Assembly (NCBI RefSeq): GCF_022045235.1
Contig: NW_027266286.1
Location: forward strand, 50,902,001 to 50,966,000
Reading direction: 5' to 3'
DNA length: 64,000 bases
DNA from: Haliotis cracherodii
Lineage: Eukaryota
Of this stretch, positions 61,417-64,000 are shown in pieces. The notes under the pieces were generated by a model. That model was not told the DNA's origin. It was given only the letters and a program-made list of their open reading frames with translations, and did not search any database. The position numbers and the translations under genes were made by a program. Each line of letters opens with the position of its first letter. The stretch's first letter is position 1.

Positions 61417-62642
61417 TTTTTGCTATGCGATTCCCACTTTTTTCTTTTTCGACCATAAGGTGCACTTGCCTCATTCACATCTGATGTAATCATACACTTT
61501 TATTTCCTTGTAAATGGACCCACTCATGCATGTCTGCTCAAAGACATAGCTGCCAGCCATGTATTCTTACATACCTTTACAGAAAGGACTTTTCCACTAT
61601 ACATGTGATCATATTCAGTTGTCAGTTCACCCAACTCGTCAACTATTCTGAAGGCATGTACGTCCTTTTCGCCACATAAAGGTGTTTGCGTGCACCGATA
61701 ATTGACTATTTTACTTACTTTCTTACTTTCAAAGCATGAATATATAATATATACATGTAAAATCATAATGTTGTTCGTGTTAAGTCTCGGCTCACATCTC
61801 TTTGCCTATACAGATAAGAAAAGGAGAAAGAGTTAGATCGTACAGAGCGCCTGTCAATAGGAGTTCACTGGCTTGCTGCTGGAAAATGTATTTTGAAAGC
61901 TGTGAGCAAGCTGATCACTGTTGACACGCTTTAAAAATATGGAAAAAAACGATGCGACTGTGTGATAAACCAGCTATTTTATGTTCCCCGTTCTAGCTGA
62001 TCGCTTGCAAACGTACTTTAGACTTATTAGAAAGTATTTCCATACATTTCTCTCGCCATACAACAGGTAGATGTGACATGTTGCAGGTAGGGGGCTAGGC
62101 GAAACGCACACGACCAAGGGCGCACAACTCTTGGCGCTCTATATGAAAAGTCGTGCATAGGCGAGGCGTGTGTCGGTAAAACACCCCGTGGATGTCTGGC
62201 CCTTATCGCCGTTTTACACCTTTGAACACAACGTGCATGTGCAGCTACACACATAGGAAGTCTGCACTCAGGATATTATATATATCAACGACACTAATCG
62301 CCTCACTTTCCAACAGACACCCATTTTGGGGGTTAATAAACAAGCATAACAACAGTCATTAGTGTGAAGACACACTACCCCCCACCCCCACCCCAACACA
62401 CACACACACACAATAAAATCCCTGACGTACCTTTATCATCATCACATATGTGTGTTATGTGCGTTGCTGCTACGTTATCTCTGTTACCACAAGAACCTGC
62501 ACTTTATTTCTGCTATACTGCTAATATAAATATTTATTGTTTTGTTATCAGTGTTTTCAAGTTTTCTTTTGGGGTATTTGGATGGCCCTGAAAAGGGCCT
62601 TTGGACCACAGAAATGTGGAGCGAAGGCGTGACAATGAGAGC

Positions 62643-63206
62643 TTAAGCCTTCTTTGGCTTGACTGCCTTCTTCTTGGGGGTCTTGACCTTCTTGGGTTTG
62701 GCTGCTGCCTTCTTGGGTGTCTTCGCCTTCTTGGGCTTGGCTGCAGCCTTCACCTTCTTTGGTGACTTAGCGGCCTTCTTAGTGGCTGTTTTGGGTTTCT
62801 TGGCAGCAGCTGGCTTCTTGACTTTCTTGGGGGATTTGGCAGCCTTCTTTGGTTTGGCAGCTGCCTTAGCCTTCTTGGGTTTTTCGGCTTTCTTTGCCTC
62901 GCCAAGACGGAATGATCCAGCGGCTCCAGTTCCCTTTGATTGCTTCAGTGCGCCGTTCTTGACTCCATTTTTCAAAGCAGTCTTGATGCGAGCATTGATG
63001 GCCACCTGGTTGTCACCAACCTTGTAGTTGGCCAAGATGTATTTCAGAACAGCCTGTCGGGAAGAACCACCCCTCTCCTTCAGGGATGAAATAGCTTTCT
63101 TGATCATCTCCAAATAGGTAGGATGTGCGGCAGCCTTCTTAGGCTTGGCAGCAGCCTTCTTCTTGGGAGTCTTGACAGCAGCGGGGGCAGCAGCAGCATC
63201 AGCCAT
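62643..63206 (-). CDS. H1: Histone H1, 187 aa
   Basis: As above. Confidence 0.98.
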   Translation of the reverse strand: MADAAAAPAAVKTPKKKAAAKPKKAAAHPTYLEMIKKAISSLKERGGSSRQAVLKYILANYKVGDNQVAINARIKTALKNGVKNGALKQSKGTGAAGSFRLGEAKKAEKPKKAKAAAKPKKAAKSPKKVKKPAAAKKPKTATKKAAKSPKKVKAAAKPKKAKTPKKAAAKPKKVKTPKKKAVKPKKA

Positions 63207-64000
63207 AGTGGTAAGTTTGAGTGGTAAAAATTCACGTCAGCTACGAGAGAAGCACAGAGAGCGAATGACACTTCCCCACAGACGGCCCGGCTGATACTCC
63301 GGAGGCGCGGACGTCGGAGGAGACACCTTGCTTGTTGTGGCTGATAGCTGCACGCTTACAAGCGCGTGTGCTTTTTCGTGTATTTGTATCCGAATAATCA
63401 CTTCTTAATCAAGGAAAGTTTCAATTTCAACAACACAGTTAGGTAGTAAAAACATTTGGCTACATTTCGGTTACAATAGCAACACTCACGGGTGAAGTTC
63501 AAAGCCACACGTGATGTTTCCAATGAAGCGACCCAGTCTAAATTGTAGACATCGCTACTTTCAAAAGCACATTTTTAGCCTTGAGACTCAAGTTTTTGCA
63601 TTTTAAACGTTGCCTGTCAATTCTCAATATATCTAACTATGAAAGTAAAACACAACACTCATCAGTATTGTCTATGATAAGCTAGAACAAGCGTTCAAAC
63701 AACGACAATGAAGCACGTTTTTCTGACGACTTCGCCATTTTGCAACAGAAAACATTTGACAGTATATTTCTGGAAACATAATTTTGGTCACTTCAATAAA
63801 GTTGAAACTAACTTTGTCATAACAAGTAAGTAACGGGGATTTTACTTTCAGGAAAACAGTCTACTAAGACGAGGATCTCGGGACACAAGCACTTAGGGCG
63901 CGAAGCCCCGAACAGTAACATATATACATAGGTGTTTAGATCACTCGATCGGTCGTCACAGATTAAGTCTTTTTGCCTGTCTTAATAGCACGATATTAGT

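Larger units (their letters stand above)
29872..64000. repeat. Tandem array of ~3.0-kb H1 + 5S rDNA units (runs off the window end)
   Basis: H1-to-H1 spacings of 2979, 3011, 3014 and 3015 bp in uninserted units; near-identical spacers. Confidence 0.98.

Noticed and set aside
29872-64000. CRISPR-like or prokaryotic defence system
   Set aside because: Repeats are 3-kb eukaryotic gene units with no short repeat-spacer structure; the reverse transcriptases are retrotransposon types.

Overview
Eukaryotic, repeat-dominated DNA; SINE types and histone/5S sequences suggest a mollusc, possibly abalone (inference). Left part (1-~29.9 kb): decayed, nested transposons. It holds a MULE transposase relic, a Gypsy LTR element split by a ~19-kb stack of I-group (Nimb-like) LINEs whose 5' ends carry HDV-like ribozymes, four SINE-type elements and two Tc1 elements. 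Right part (~29.9-64 kb): a ~3.0-kb tandem array in which each unit holds one linker histone H1 gene (minus strand) and one 5S rRNA gene (plus strand), with no core histone genes. Main finding: a ~6.3-kb APE-RT-RNase H (I-group) non-LTR retrotransposon sits at the same position of the H1 promoter in three units, co-oriented with H1. Its 5' end (CATTCG) matches and replaces the predicted H1 initiator, and the two near-intact copies have an 11-bp target-site duplication. A fourth, older fragment also abuts H1 upstream spacer. This looks like a sequence-specific retrotransposon targeting the H1 transcription start, possibly capturing the histone promoter. Secondary findings are two deletions sharing a breakpoint at a G-quadruplex motif, a covarying RNA structure shared by a LINE 5'UTR and a SINE-like element, two H1 length variants segregated along the array, and defective 5S copies next to the insertions.
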